From: Hyaloraphidium curvatum SAG 235-1
Taxonomy: Eukaryota > Fungi > Monoblepharomycota
Direction: 5' to 3'
DNA length: 64,000 nt
Assembly (NCBI GenBank): GCA_025558095.1
Contig: JAIVFI010000026.1
Location: forward strand, 434,001-498,000
Shown here piece after piece: positions 22,242-34,273 of the stretch. Under the pieces are notes generated by a model. The model saw only the letters and a list, made by a program, of their open reading frames with translations. It did not search any database and was not told where the DNA came from. The position numbers were made by a program, and so were the translations under genes. Positions within the stretch are counted from its first letter, which is position 1. Each line of letters begins with the position of its first letter.

Positions 22242-23160
22242 TGCCCACCGGGCGGGCGACCACGACTGTCCTTGCCCGCTCCGCGATTGCGCCGGCGACG
22301 TGGACCGTGCAGACGCCATCGTCCGGATCTTGGAGTTTGCCTTCACCTCCTTCGTTCACTTCCTGATCATCCCCTTCCTGCTCTGGACCCCGGCCGTCAG
22401 CCTCGGTACCTCCTTTTGGAGCTCGGCCTGGGCCCTCGCCGCGGCCCTGTGCATCCTCTCACCCGTTCCGCTCATCGTGGCCACGCTCTCGCGCATCCTC
22501 TTCACGCCGAGCCTCGTCTCACTCAGACACGAGGCCCGCCTGCGCGTCCGTGCCACCGCACTGGCCATGGAAGACCTCCTGGAGCGGTATCGGCGCCTCG
22601 TGCCCCTCCGCACGGCGCCCGAACACCCCGAACGGGAACAGTACCTGGACGTCTGCCGGACCCTGTCCCAGCACTGGTCCTCCGCGGACCGCTTCTTCCC
22701 CGTCCCCGCCCGCGCCGCCCTCGTGGGGGCCGGCTCTGCGCTGCTCATTTCCTTCATCCTCAATGCCGCCGCGGGCTGCATCACCGCCTGGCAGCTCGCC
22801 GCCCTCGCCTACCTCGCCGTCTTCATCGCCACCATCCTCGTGCAGGTCGCCGCGCAGAACGCCGGGGTGACGGACTGCACAGACCTCTGGGCGCAGGCCT
22901 CGGGCCAGCTCCGCTCGCTCGCTTTGGAATGCGGCGCCGACGATCCCGGGACGGCGGTGGTCCGGCACGACGCCGCGCTGGCCGGCTTCGTGGACAGGGG
23001 CCGGCTGTTCCGCGCCAAGATGTTCGGGCTAACGGTGGATTTCGGGCTGCTGAGGGCGCTGGTGGCCACGGCCGTGACGATTGCGGTGGGGCTGTTTGGG
23101 ATACTGCGGGGGGCGGGGCTCAGGGTGACGCTCGAGACGTTCTGTCCAATGGTCGACTGA
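22100..23160 (+). CDS. Multi-pass membrane protein resembling 7TMIC/gustatory-receptor-like (DUF3537-like) channels; start not resolved
   Basis: At least 5 TM helices; DCPCP motif; C-terminal AKMFGLTVDFGLLRALVATAVTIAVGLFGILRG. Confidence 0.6.
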
Positions 23161-23288
23161 GCGGCTGCAGGCGTCGAGGACGTACAATTAGCGAGAATGG
23201 GGCCGATGGGGTTGCGACCGGCTTTGGCAGATCAAATGTCATTGAGAGTTTGCATCTGGTCAGTTGCATCTGGTCTTGACCGTGATCA

Positions 23289-24589
23289 ATGACGTGTCGG
23301 AACCGCAAACCGCAAACCAACAGGACGTCGATCCCCCCAGCGGCCGAGATGGCCCGCGCCGCGACCTGGAAAGATTTCGACCGCGGCCTCTTCTGCCACA
23401 CCATCACGGAGGCCGTGGTGGGCTTCGCCACTTTCGTGTCCTCGGCCGCCGACAGGTTCCTTGCTACGGAAACGTCGTCGTGGCCGCGGCTGTGGGCCGC
23501 CGGCATCGAAGCTGCGATGGACAAGCAGACAAACCGAGTTGCGGGGCCGCAGAACATCATGCTCCCCTTCTTTCGGAACCTGCCGGGCTGGAAGACCCTC
23601 GGCGTGCACTTCTTCCCCGGCGGCAGGGTGCCGGCCGACGGAGCACCGCAGGCGCTCAGAAATGATGTGGGGCTCGAGATCTTTGGCCGTGCCTTTCACA
23701 CCGGCCGGCAGGCCGCGCTGCAGCTCGCCGAAATGGCGTCCGCCGTGGGTTGGAAGCCCCTTTGGGACGGCGGGCGCGATGCCACCGGGGCCCCCGACAA
23801 GGACGACCCGCTCTACAAGGTCTACCGCGGCTTCTTCGTCATGGCTGCCGAGTTTCTGGTCTTCCGCATCCTGGCCGACATGGCCATGTCCGAGATGACC
23901 GGCCGCAGGCTCTCCCGCGACGTCGAGTTCCTCGATCTCGCCGCGGACCTGATGCTGCTCATGCGGCCGGCCGTCGACGCGGGCGGTCTCCACTACCCCG
24001 CGCACGAGGACGGGTCGCCCTCGGATCCCGCGGAAGTCGCCCTGATGTACACGGTCTTCCTGTGCGCCCTGCTGCCCATGTTCGGCCAGTCGACCGCCAC
24101 TACCTGGGCCGAGCACTCCGCCGCGCTTGCCAAGCAGGTACGACCGCCTGGCCGATTGCGCATGCGTCTCTCCCTGATCCTGGGTCCCAGGGACTCAGGG
24201 CGCCCGCGTACCACCTCCTCGACTCGCTCAACGTCTTCCTCGACTCGCTCCCGCCCGGCGACCGGAGCCAAGAGGAATGCGACTCGCTGCACGGGAACCT
24301 CTCGCACCTGCAGCTCCTGCTGTCGCGCAAGGCCGGGGACCGGTCGTGCCCGTGCTGCCGCGAGCGCGTGCGGCACGCGGACCTGAAGGAGCGCTGCGAC
24401 GAGTGCGGCAAGGCTGCCGGCTCCGGCGTCAAGCTGCGCAAGTGCGGGCGGTGCAAGACGGCGCACTACTGCTCCGTGGAGTGCCAGAAGCGCGCGTGGG
24501 CGGGAGGGCACAGGAAAGTCTGCACGGAGGTGAAGAAGGCCGAGGTGGTCGGGGAGGCGGCCGGCGACGGGGCCGGGGAGGCAGCCTGA
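23289..24589 (+). CDS. MYND zinc-finger protein, one intron near 24138-24190
   Basis: CDECG...LRKCGRCKTAHYCSVECQKRAWAGGHRKVC. Confidence 0.85.
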
Positions 24590-25308
24590 ACGGTCAGCAG
24601 CTTTGATCGAGGTGGATGGAGTGCAATGGAGCAGCCGTAAATGGCTCCTCTTCTGTATTGGCTTTCGAGGTCCCGCCCGACGTTCGTGTCGGAACGGCAG
24701 CAAACGGAGGCTGACCCAAACCCTCCAGTCCGGTGCGGCCACATGGGGATCCCGACGCGGATCGAGTGCAGGAAGACATACACGAGGGCCCCTGGAGCCA
24801 TCCATACCATGGATGGCTCCTTTGCCGCCCATGATTCACCGGCCCCGTCCGAGCATGCACGTGGCTTGCGGGGTTTCTGGCCGGCGGCGCAATTCGCATC
24901 GACCGCCCCGGCATCTCGGACAGGTTCTTCCAGGGCAGCGCGTCCGGCACCACCTTCTGCCTGCGGTTCAACGCGACGGTGGACGGAACCGTGTCGATCA
25001 CCCAGGCCGTCGGCGCGTGCCCGATCGTCGCGGGGACGGTGACGGGATCGTACGCGGAGCCGGCGGACAGCGCGCCCGGCGCGTGCATGGCGCCGGTGTC
25101 GTGCAGGTTCGGGGACGCTGACGATCGCGAATCCGTTCCCGTAGCGGGATGCGGAAAGAACGGACGGACGGATCCAAACCGCTGGACCCAAACCGCTGAC
25201 TGGACTTGGCCCGACGCATGCCAAGGCCGTCAAACACAACAGATAATCACCGACACAGCTTGCCGTACATGTACATACTTCCCCATCCATCCATCCGCCC
25301 GCGGACGC

Positions 25309-26797
25309 TCACAGCAGCGCGGCGACCAGCGCCGCCACCGCCGCCCCAACCCCGGCGGACGCCGCGCGCGCCGCCCCCGCGGGGCGCGAGAAGGTCGTCG
25401 TGCTCAGCGCGGCGATCTCGCTGCTCGCCGCCGGCGTCGACGTGCCGGTGGTGCGGACGACGGTGGTAAGGGTGCCCGTGGTGCGCACGGTGCTGCCGCC
25501 GAGGGTGCCGGTGGTGCGGTCGATGGTGGTGAACCCCGCGGTGCCGGTGGTGCGGTCGATGGTGGTGAGGGTGCCCGTGGTGCGGACGGTGCTCCCCCCC
25601 AGGGTGCCGGTGGTCTGCGCCGCCGACCCCGTCCCCGTCGGAACCGGCGACCCCGTGGTCTCCAGCTCCCCGCCGCTCTCGGTCGGATCCGGCTGCCCGT
25701 CTTCCACGAGGAAGCTCCGCAGCGCCTCGGGAACCAGCACCGAGTCCAGCAGCTGGATCACCCCGTTGGCCGCCCCCGAGTCGGGGATGGCGGGCTGCAC
25801 CCACGAGTTGGGCTCGGAGGAGAAGCCGTCCTCTGCACCGGTGACGGCGCCGGGGACGCCGAAGAACTGGCCCAGCGGGGAGACGGTGCGCTCGAGGGGG
25901 TCGCCCTGCAGCGTGCGGTACCGCGTCGAGGCCGGGAGGTTGGGCTGCAGGACGTAGGAGGGGGGGTCGGGGATCACGTGGTAGCGGACGACCTGGTCCA
26001 CCTGGGCCGGGGTCAGGGCCGAGCCGGGGCCGGCGAGGAAGTCGGTCCAGGCGCTGTCGAGAGGCGCGAGCACGGTGCATTTCGGGTACCCGTCCGTGGG
26101 CGGGAGGCGTGCGGCAAAGGCGGCGGCCGAGGCCGAGTCGTCGCCCGAGATCAGCCCGCCGTCCTTGAGAGATCTGGCGACGCTGGGGTACGGCGCCAGC
26201 ATGCTCGACACGACGACCAGCGTGCCCTGGTCGGCGGGGAACCGGCGCGCCACCAGGGAGTACGTGAGCCCCGAGCGCACGCCGCCCTCGTCCCCCTCGG
26301 CGGCGGGGCTGAGCGACACGGTCTGTGCGTCCAAAGTTGTGAGCTTGGAAGGGTGCGCGGCGGTCAGCGCGGTGTCGTAGGTGCCCGCGGCGTCGGCGGG
26401 CAGAAAGCGCGGGACCAAATGGTTGGCCATCAGCCCCGATCGCGCCTGCTCGTTGGTGCGGGGATCGTAGCCGTACAGCGCGGCAAAGTCGTACTCGTCA
26501 TTTTCCAGCTGGTTGGTCCAGGCCTCGTCGGTGAAGGCGAACACGGTTGCCGAGTTGGGCGGGCCGGCGAGCGCGGCCTGCAGCGGGGCATAGGACGGCG
26601 CCCACTCGGCGAATTGGTTTAGCGTGAAATCGAACTCGCTGTCGTTGGCTGGAGGCGCGATGAGCACGGGGGAGCCCGCGGGCGGCGTGCGGCCCACCGG
26701 CGTTGACGCGCGCGATGATCGCCGCCATCGACTCGGCGCGGGCGGCCGGCAGCGCGGCCAGCGCGAGCAGCGCGAGGAGCGCGCCGCGGGGGTGCAT
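25309..26797 (-). CDS. GPI-anchored fasciclin protein (2 FAS1 domains), one intron
   Basis: Signal MHPRGALLALLALAA; TVFAFTDEAW, TVLAPLDSAW, RYHVIP, ANGVIQLLDSVLVP; Thr-rich stalk; hydrophobic GPI tail. Confidence 0.88.
25440..25615 (-). repeat. Coding tandem repeats (TTGTLGGSTVR / TTGTLTTIDR) in the fasciclin stalk
   Basis: Recurring GTGCCGGTGGTGCGG-type units of about 30-33 bp. Confidence 0.8.
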
Positions 26798-27468
26798 CGC
26801 GGCGGTCGGAGGGCGACGGGCTCCGGACGGCGCTCAGCACGGTGGCGGTTCAATCGCCGCGTCGGTGGCGCAGCAAAGACCTCTTGCCGCAGTCGATCGG
26901 TCCGGCAGCAGCCTCAATCATGAAGAATGAGCAATGTGGAGGGCCGTGAGTTGGAGAGCAACTCGGGGGGACCTGAATAATGTATTGCTGGGGCGGAACC
27001 AGGCTTCCTTGGAGCACGTCCGTCGGCGTTGGTAAGTGAGTGAGGGATCTTCCACTCCAGGCATCGGCCGAGGGGCTCGAAAGGCCGGAAGCGGGCGGTC
27101 AACACCTGCCCTGTCGTCCGATGACACGTCTTATCAACGGGCAGGGCGTTGGCCGAGCCGGCCATGCACCCCGCGCGGGGCGGCCGGCCTTTACCTTGCG
27201 CGTACCAGGGGGTTCGGTATACCTACTGGTGGCGGCAGCCGCGGACTCGGAGGCGCACTTCCGCGGCCGGTTTCGGCAGCGGCTAGATGAAGCCTGAATC
27301 TGCCGTGGTTTGGTGGGCGGATGGTGATGGCAGGCCGAAGTGCGCCGTGCGTTAGGAGTGCAAGGGCGTCGGGCGCGGCGGACGCGGCGGCAAGGGACTA
27401 GGGCTGAATCGACACCGCGTACCTGCCGGCCTCCCGGGCACCCGCCACCTCCGCGGCCCGCGAAAACG

Positions 27469-29621
27469 ATGGACGGCGCGACCGGCTACGGCGGCTACGG
27501 CGGCATGCGGCCGGGCGGCGCGCCGGCGTTCCGGCCCGGCTTCCCGCCGTTCTACTACGACGCGCGCTTCGGCGTGCCGGGCCAGCCGCCGCAGGGCCCG
27601 CCGCTCGGCGGGCAGCCGCAGCTGGGAGGGCAGGGCATCGGGCAGCCGGGCATCGGGCAGGCCTTGGGCCAGGGCATCGGGCAGGGAATCGGGCAGGGGA
27701 TCGGGCAGCCCCTCGGCCAGGCGGGGATGCCGAACATGGGGCAGCCAACCATGGGCCAGCCAACCATGGGCCAGCCGCCGATAGGCCAGCCTCCCATGGG
27801 CCAGCAGATGCAGCAGATGGCAGGGCAGCCCATGCCGGGGCAGCCCGGCCAGCTGATGATGGCGCCGATGGGCTACCAGAACTTCCGCCCAGATTTCTAC
27901 CCCTACTACGCCGCCCCGGGCTACCCGCCGCCGCAGTACTTCCGCCCCCCGCCGCCGGACCGCCGCGACTCGCTCGAGGACTTCCGCCCGCAGTACTCTT
28001 TCGAGCCCCAGGCCAACCTGCAGGCACACGGCGCGGGGCAGCTCCGCGGCTCGGCGTCGCCCGGCGCGGGGTACTTTGCCCCCTCGCCCGGGCAGCAGCG
28101 CGTTTACCAGGCGCATCAGGCGCAGCAGCCTCCCCCGCCCTCGGCCCCAGCAGCGCCGGCCTCGCAGCCCGTCCCCACGCTGCTCCTCGAGCCCCCGCGG
28201 CGTCCGCGCCCGGCGCAGGAGCCGGATGTGCTGACCGAGGACGGCGCCAGCGCGGCCGACGACGACGGCGAGGGCAAGGACGGGGACGAATGGCAGCCCA
28301 GGAAGAAGAAGGCGCCCAAGAAGCTCGGGCTGCCCCCCACCCCCGCAAAGAGGGCCGCGCCGGCGCTGGGGGGAAAGGCGGACCATTCCAAGCTCAAGCT
28401 GGCGGCGCTGGAGTACCTGCGCGGGCCGGACATGCGGGGGGTCGGGCCCAAGCACTACAAGGAGATCTGGGGTAATGGCTGCGGCGCGCCGGCGTGTGGC
28501 TTTCTCTCACCCTCTTTGCGTGTGCGCAGAAAACCTGCCCGAGGAGACCAGGCAGACGTTCCACCCCGAGCTCCACGACTCGCCCTCGCGGCTGTTTCAG
28601 TACCTCCAGAACACGCTCAACTCGTGGATCACGCGCTTCGAGAACCTGCGCAAGCTCAAGGACGGCGTGTACGAGTACGTGCCCAGTGGGTACCCCCGCT
28701 TGCCCCCCGGATCGCCCCCTTTTAACCATCCCCCGTTCGAAAGACGTCTCCGGCGCCCCCGGAAGCTCCGGCGGCGACACCCCCCTGCGCCCCAGCGACA
28801 CCGAGGACTTCCCCGGCGCCCCCTCCCGCCGCGCCGCCAAGCCCCGCGACGCCAGCCCCGCCAGCGACCTGTCCCTCAAGCCGCCCGCGGAGCCCGAGGA
28901 CGGCGCGTCGGGGGGGGAGGACGACGCGGAGCGGGCGCGGTACCCGCGCCGCCGCCGCGGGGACGACGCCCAGACGGGTGCGACGCTCGCCCAGGGACAG
29001 GGCGACCTCCTCGAGCCGGCGGCGAAGCGCCCCCGCGGCGGCGCCGTCCCCGTGCCCGCCTCCCGCCGCCCGAACGGCCGCCCGTTCCGCCCGCCGACGC
29101 CGCCGCTGTACAGCAACTACAACGCGTTCCAGCCCCCGCCCGAGTTCTTCGGCACCGAGAACCCGTTCCTGGGCAACTTCAGCCTCGCGGTGGATTCGCT
29201 GCTCTTCTGCGCCAACAGGCTCGAGAGGAAGCGCGGGGACCTGCAGCCCTCGGACCCCGTCGCGGCGGCCCTGGACGCCGGCAGCGCGGCGGCGGCCGCG
29301 GCGCTCGCGAGGAACGACGCCGCCGCGGCCGCGGTGAACGGGGTGCTGGCGCCCACATGGACCATGGCGACGCAGATCCGCGCGTACGAGACGCGGCAGA
29401 AGGAGCTCAAGAAGGCATACGACGAGCTGCTCTCGCGCGCCGCCGCCGTGCGGGACGAGGCGAAGGCCAACGCGGAAAAGTTCATGGCGACCGAGGTGCG
29501 GGGCGGGGGGAACGTGGAGGCGCTGGTGGCGAGGTTGGAGGGGGCGAGGGGGGAGGTGCTAGAGGCGGAGAGGGGGATGAAGGAGCTCAGGAAGGGGTTG
29601 GAGGGGAAGGGGGAGGCATGA
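27469..29621 (+). CDS. Putative nuclear protein: G/Q/P/M-rich N-terminus, HARE-HTH-like winged helix, C-terminal coiled coil; 2 introns
   Basis: GQGI and MGQPT repeats; PRKKK basic patch; LKLAALEYL...PKHYKEIW|ENL...LNSWITRFENLRKLKDGVYEY; heptad-rich tail. Confidence 0.7.
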
Positions 29622-30341
29622 GGGGGGAGGGGGAGGGGAAAGCCGATGTATACCTTTTGCGAGCGCTCGGACGTTGTACAGATGCAGCCGATCTTCGAAT
29701 GAAGAGGCCTAGAAGAGCGAGGAGGTGATCTTGTCCGAGGGGGTTGTGCGAGCATGAGTCAACGATGTCAATAGTGTGGCCCCCCCAGCCATCCCACCGC
29801 CTCGCTCAGAGGAAAGGCCTTACGATGAATCGAATAAAAAAAAGGCGAAATGATGGCTCTTCCTTCGCTCATACATTTGCAGCTGGTTGCCGTGCGGTTC
29901 TGGTCGTGATGGCGCAGAGTGGCGCGATCACATGAGCCCCGACTCAACGCCTCACTGCCACAGATGCCGACGATCCCGACTGCCGACGCTGGCCCCGCGC
30001 ACCACCAACTCCCCCTGGATCGACAGTTCAGACCTCCCCCAATTTGACTGATTTCTCCTAACAGAGCCGCGCGTCTTGCGGCGAAAAGAGCGGAAGTTCA
30101 GAGTGACCACCGCGTCTCAAAGCCTGACGCGAACGCATCGCAGCAGCGCTTCGCGGTTGCGGCCGGACGGCGCGTCGGGCGGACGCCCCTGAGCGAGATC
30201 CTGCGCGCGCCAGTTGCGGTGCCGCGCACGACGGACCTTCTCTCCGAGCGTCTGCCGGACTGTTGAACTCCCTCCGGATCGTAGAGGAATCGTCTCCGCG
30301 CCTTGTTGGCCCCCGGAGTTGCGTTGCGGACGGAGTGAACG

Positions 30342-30994
30342 ATGGACCCGGAGGAACCCTCGCGCGGCAGCCCTCGTATCCTGAATGGTACGGGGAAGAT
30401 CACCTTCGTGATGCAGATCCTTGCCAACCAGCGCCACGAGATCTCGCGGACGGACAGCGTGGAACTGCAGGTGCAAAAGGACCTTCTCGTGGTGCTGCCC
30501 AACGAGTCAAAGGATGCTGCGGGCGAACGGATCTGGAGGTCGCTGGAGCCAAGCGCATATCCCTTTGCGAACCGCTTCATTTCGGAGAGCCCAGTTCCGT
30601 GCGTGATCTGCGGATTGCTTCGCTCGTACGAGACCGTGAGCGAGATATTCTTGGTTATGAGCTTCCACTTCGGTTTTCGGTCCTGCAGTGCCACGTACTG
30701 GCCATGCTGCTACACTACTCGGTGCAAGCCATGGAGAAGCTTCTGAAGGGCGTGCGACGCGAATATCGGGCGAAGCGTGACGACGGCGGCCCCGGCTTCC
30801 CCTTGTTTGGGGAATGCTACGGATGCGGCGTTCGGTACAACGAAATCAAGAGCATGAAGCGGTGCTCCTCGTGCAAGATCGCCCTCTACTGCTCGCCAGA
30901 GTGCCAGAGAATGCATTGGCCGGTGCACAAGCTCGGCTGCAAGCTGCTCAGCGCGGGAGAAGACCTGAGCGACCTCGTCCGTCGCGCTGAGTGA
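30342..30994 (+). pseudogene. MYND zinc-finger gene with an apparent frameshift near 30725
   Basis: Frame A: PCVICG...WPCCYTTRC; frame B continues AMEKLL...CYGCG...CSSCKIALYCSPECQRMHWPVHKLGC; no intron signals at the switch. Confidence 0.65.
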
Positions 30995-31195
30995 TCTAGG
31001 AGGGATTCTGACGATTGGTGCTGACTCACGAGAAGGGGATGCGTGAGCCCTGACCGAGCGTGGACCGAGCCCGAGAGTGCGGAGGACCGAGAACCGACTT
31101 TGAATCTACCTTGGAGATGCGCAACCCGATTGCTGGCCATGAATTGTACACTTGTGGCTCACAAAGGCTGCCCCTTCGATACATGCAGACCCGAA

Positions 31196-32221
31196 TCAAT
31201 CATCGTCGTCCTCGTCCCGGAATGGCGCCTCCACAGTGCCGCCGAGAAAGTCCAGGACCGGGATGGCGGTGGCGTCCTTCATGGTCTCGGCATCAACGTG
31301 AAAGACTTCGATGGTGCACATGTCCTCGTGCAGTCCGTTGTTGCGGACCGTCAGGAAGACGAAGGGTTTCTTCATCGTTATGGGGATCCTCCAAAAGTAT
31401 AGCTCCCGCGAGAGTGGCACGGGGTGCCGCCCAATGCCGATCTCGGGGAACGCCTCACCCTTGAGCAAGGCCGCCCAGACCAGGTGCCAGACATCCTCGG
31501 ATCGGTAGAACGCGTTGTGGACAAAGCTGACGCGCTTCTTGCCCTGGCTTCGAAGCGTCGCGACCAGGGCATCCCAGAAAGCCGACTCGGCGGGGTCGCC
31601 TGCCCGAGTCGTGACTCTCTTGTGCGAGCCGCCGACGAATATGGGGAGCGGCGGCTGTCCGTGGGGCGGCAGCTTCACGGCGTCATGTTCCTGGAAGCGC
31701 GCAGAGTAGTAGAAACTGTACGTCGACTCCGTGGCGACCACGAAGGGCTCATCGAAACGGGCGCGTCCGTCGTCACCGATCCAGCGCAGGCTTCCGGTGA
31801 GCCGCGCCGCCTCGGTCCAATCGACAAACCGCACACCGGGCAGATCGAAGTCGGTCCATGCCGGCCCAGAGGCAGGGAGCGTAAAATCATCCGCAGGCAA
31901 TCCGTAGAAGGCTGCGTCGGCGGCCAGTGCCTCCCTCTCGGTCTGGGTTATCCGAGCGAGGTCCTCGCGCGCGGGAGCCGGATGGCCGCGGAGGTACGAA
32001 TCGAAAAAGCGCCGGAAAGTCGACGAATCACGATCGAGAGTGTAGCTCGTTGGCAGCTCGTCCTTGCCCTCGTTGAGACCGCCCGGGCCGAAGTGGTGCG
32101 CGAAGATGGAGTCCGGCGCCCGGGAGACAATGTTGCCCCGAAAGAACCGAAACGGCGCCCCCTGCTCCTGCAGGAACACAACTTCGACGATATCGTCGGC
32201 GCTCGATGCGCTGGCGGCCAT
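31196..32221 (-). CDS. BTB/POZ (KCTD/T1-type) domain protein, intronless
   Basis: APDSIFAHHF...YTLDRDSSTFRRFFDSYLRG...LAADAAFYGLP. Confidence 0.8.
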   Translation of the reverse strand: MAASASSADDIVEVVFLQEQGAPFRFFRGNIVSRAPDSIFAHHFGPGGLNEGKDELPTSYTLDRDSSTFRRFFDSYLRGHPAPAREDLARITQTEREALAADAAFYGLPADDFTLPASGPAWTDFDLPGVRFVDWTEAARLTGSLRWIGDDGRARFDEPFVVATESTYSFYYSARFQEHDAVKLPPHGQPPLPIFVGGSHKRVTTRAGDPAESAFWDALVATLRSQGKKRVSFVHNAFYRSEDVWHLVWAALLKGEAFPEIGIGRHPVPLSRELYFWRIPITMKKPFVFLTVRNNGLHEDMCTIEVFHVDAETMKDATAIPVLDFLGGTVEAPFRDEDDDD

Positions 32222-32811
32222 AGCGACGGTTTCGGCGTGCGATTGAGTGAGCCGAGCGGTGTTCGGGTGACTCGGCTTGGACTGTTGGCGTGGCAAACCG
32301 AGGCCGACAAACGGACTACCATAGCTTAAATCGAATTCAGAAAAGTGAAACGGGAGATTCTTCTCATTCCACCGGCAATAGCATAGTTGTCACCGTCGAG
32401 GCTGTTGTTTTTTGCCTGCAACCCTGTGCCTCATCAGGGAAAGCCTGGAGAGATCCATGCGAGAAGTACGGAGCGAACAACAACGTTTGGAGGGTTCGGA
32501 GGAGGACCGGTTAGACGGGGACGACGGGATGCTGGGTGATATCTGCACGGTGCTGAGGGAATACCGCGAGCTTTAATGGTACGGGGGTTTGGGCTGCAGA
32601 GCGCCTGCAGAGCAGGCAACAAGATCTATTGTCGGCTGAGGCTTTGCCGTTGCGCGGACACGATGGGCGATAGTAGCAGGGAGTTCTGGCGATCTCCATC
32701 GATTCCTTTCCACAGCCTTGCGGCAATTGCTTACATCCAAAGCCAACAATGTCCGGCAGTGCAAAAAATAACAACAGTTCTCGCCGCATTGGAATAGACC
32801 AATCACGTCGG

Positions 32812-34056
32812 CTACGCCCATTTGCTCCCAGCGCAGGCGTTTGGAACCACCGGTGCATTGGCCGTGCCGAGTGTGAGCTCTCTTGCAAAGACATTGTAGC
32901 ACCTCCCGGCTGCCGGCGCCGCCTCGTTCCACCCACAGCCCTGGGGTGCCTTCTTGAACAATGCCACTCCCCCCTGGTTCGCGGTACTCCACGCTCTGCT
33001 TGCGCAATGGTACATGGTGTTGAGGGTTTGGTCGCCGATGCCCGCCATCGCGTCGTTGTAGTTCCACTTGCTGTTGGTCTGCAGCACGTACATCCCATAG
33101 TTCTGGGCGCCGCCCCCCGAGTCGGTGGCGACGATCACGCCGCCCCGCCGGACGGGCGAATCGGCCGCGGATGCCCCGGCCCCAAACGAACTAACGAGCA
33201 AGAGGTCGACGCCCCGGCTGAAGATCGGGTGCTTCCTGAGATAGCATTTGAGCCGTGAAGTACGGCCGATGACCTGGCCGTCCACTTTGCAGTCGTTCCC
33301 GCCGCCGTGATCCTGGCAGATGTCGATGCCCACCACCAGGGCGCCGACCTGGAACAGGCCCACGGAGCCGAGGTTGCCGGCCAGACCACCGTTGCTATAG
33401 GGCGGGTAAGGCGCCAGAGCATCGTTCGCGAACACGTCGAGGGTCGTGCCGGTGTTAATGTCCCGGAAGAACTTCGGAATGTTGTTCCCCTTCAGTTCGC
33501 GGACCCAGATGTCATTCCGGTTCACATTCTCCGGCGCCATATCGTTCTTGTACTTTTTGCAGTGGAAGCTGACCTCGCGTCCGTTGAGCCAGACGGTGGC
33601 GCAGTTCATAAGATGGTATTGGTCGGCATTGGGCCTGACCCTGTTGCCCCAGAGGACCGTGCCGGGCTGGATGAGCCAGTGGGGGTTGTTTTCGCTGAAT
33701 TCCTTGGCGGACCGACGCACGGTGTTGAGGTCGTTGAGGCTGAGAACGCCTTGTGCGCGACACAGTCTGAACTGCCACTCCCCGCCGTTGTAGACGCGCA
33801 GCGTCTCGGCGCCGTGCTGCACGATGGTCCCCTCGATCTCCTCGCGGACTGCTGCAAAGTTGTCCTGGAACTGCACGATCTGGTTCTGCAGCGTGCCGCG
33901 GACGCACGCGCCGTTCGGGTCGCCCCCAGCCTTGCCTGAGCTGTGCGTGTACTGGTTGCCGCCGCCGTATGCGACATAGCGGTACTCGGCGCGCGCGAGC
34001 CCGGCCGCGGCGAGCAGCGCAAAGGCGAAGAGCGCGGCGGCGGCCGGGACGCGCAT
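32812..34056 (-). CDS. Secreted divergent carbon-nitrogen hydrolase (nitrilase-fold) protein, intronless, 414 aa
   Basis: Signal peptide; putative E-K-C triad: RVYNGGEWQF, LMNCATVWLNG...HCKK, VGIDICQDH; LIQPGTV strand. Confidence 0.7.
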   Translation of the reverse strand: MRVPAAAALFAFALLAAAGLARAEYRYVAYGGGNQYTHSSGKAGGDPNGACVRGTLQNQIVQFQDNFAAVREEIEGTIVQHGAETLRVYNGGEWQFRLCRAQGVLSLNDLNTVRRSAKEFSENNPHWLIQPGTVLWGNRVRPNADQYHLMNCATVWLNGREVSFHCKKYKNDMAPENVNRNDIWVRELKGNNIPKFFRDINTGTTLDVFANDALAPYPPYSNGGLAGNLGSVGLFQVGALVVGIDICQDHGGGNDCKVDGQVIGRTSRLKCYLRKHPIFSRGVDLLLVSSFGAGASAADSPVRRGGVIVATDSGGGAQNYGMYVLQTNSKWNYNDAMAGIGDQTLNTMYHCASRAWSTANQGGVALFKKAPQGCGWNEAAPAAGRCYNVFARELTLGTANAPVVPNACAGSKWA

Positions 34057-34273
34057 CGTGGAGAAAGACGGTGTCCCACGTCAGGGTTTGGGGGACGTCG
34101 ACGGGTCCAGGCAGCACCCGCCTTCACACCGTACGAACCCGGATCATTTTTCGTCGTTCTCTTTATTGCCGGAACGGAGCCTCCATAGTGCTGCCAAGAA
34201 AGTCCACGATGACCGAGTCGCGGTGGCGTCCAAAAAAGGGCGTTTGAGGTCATATTCACACCACGATTTCGCG

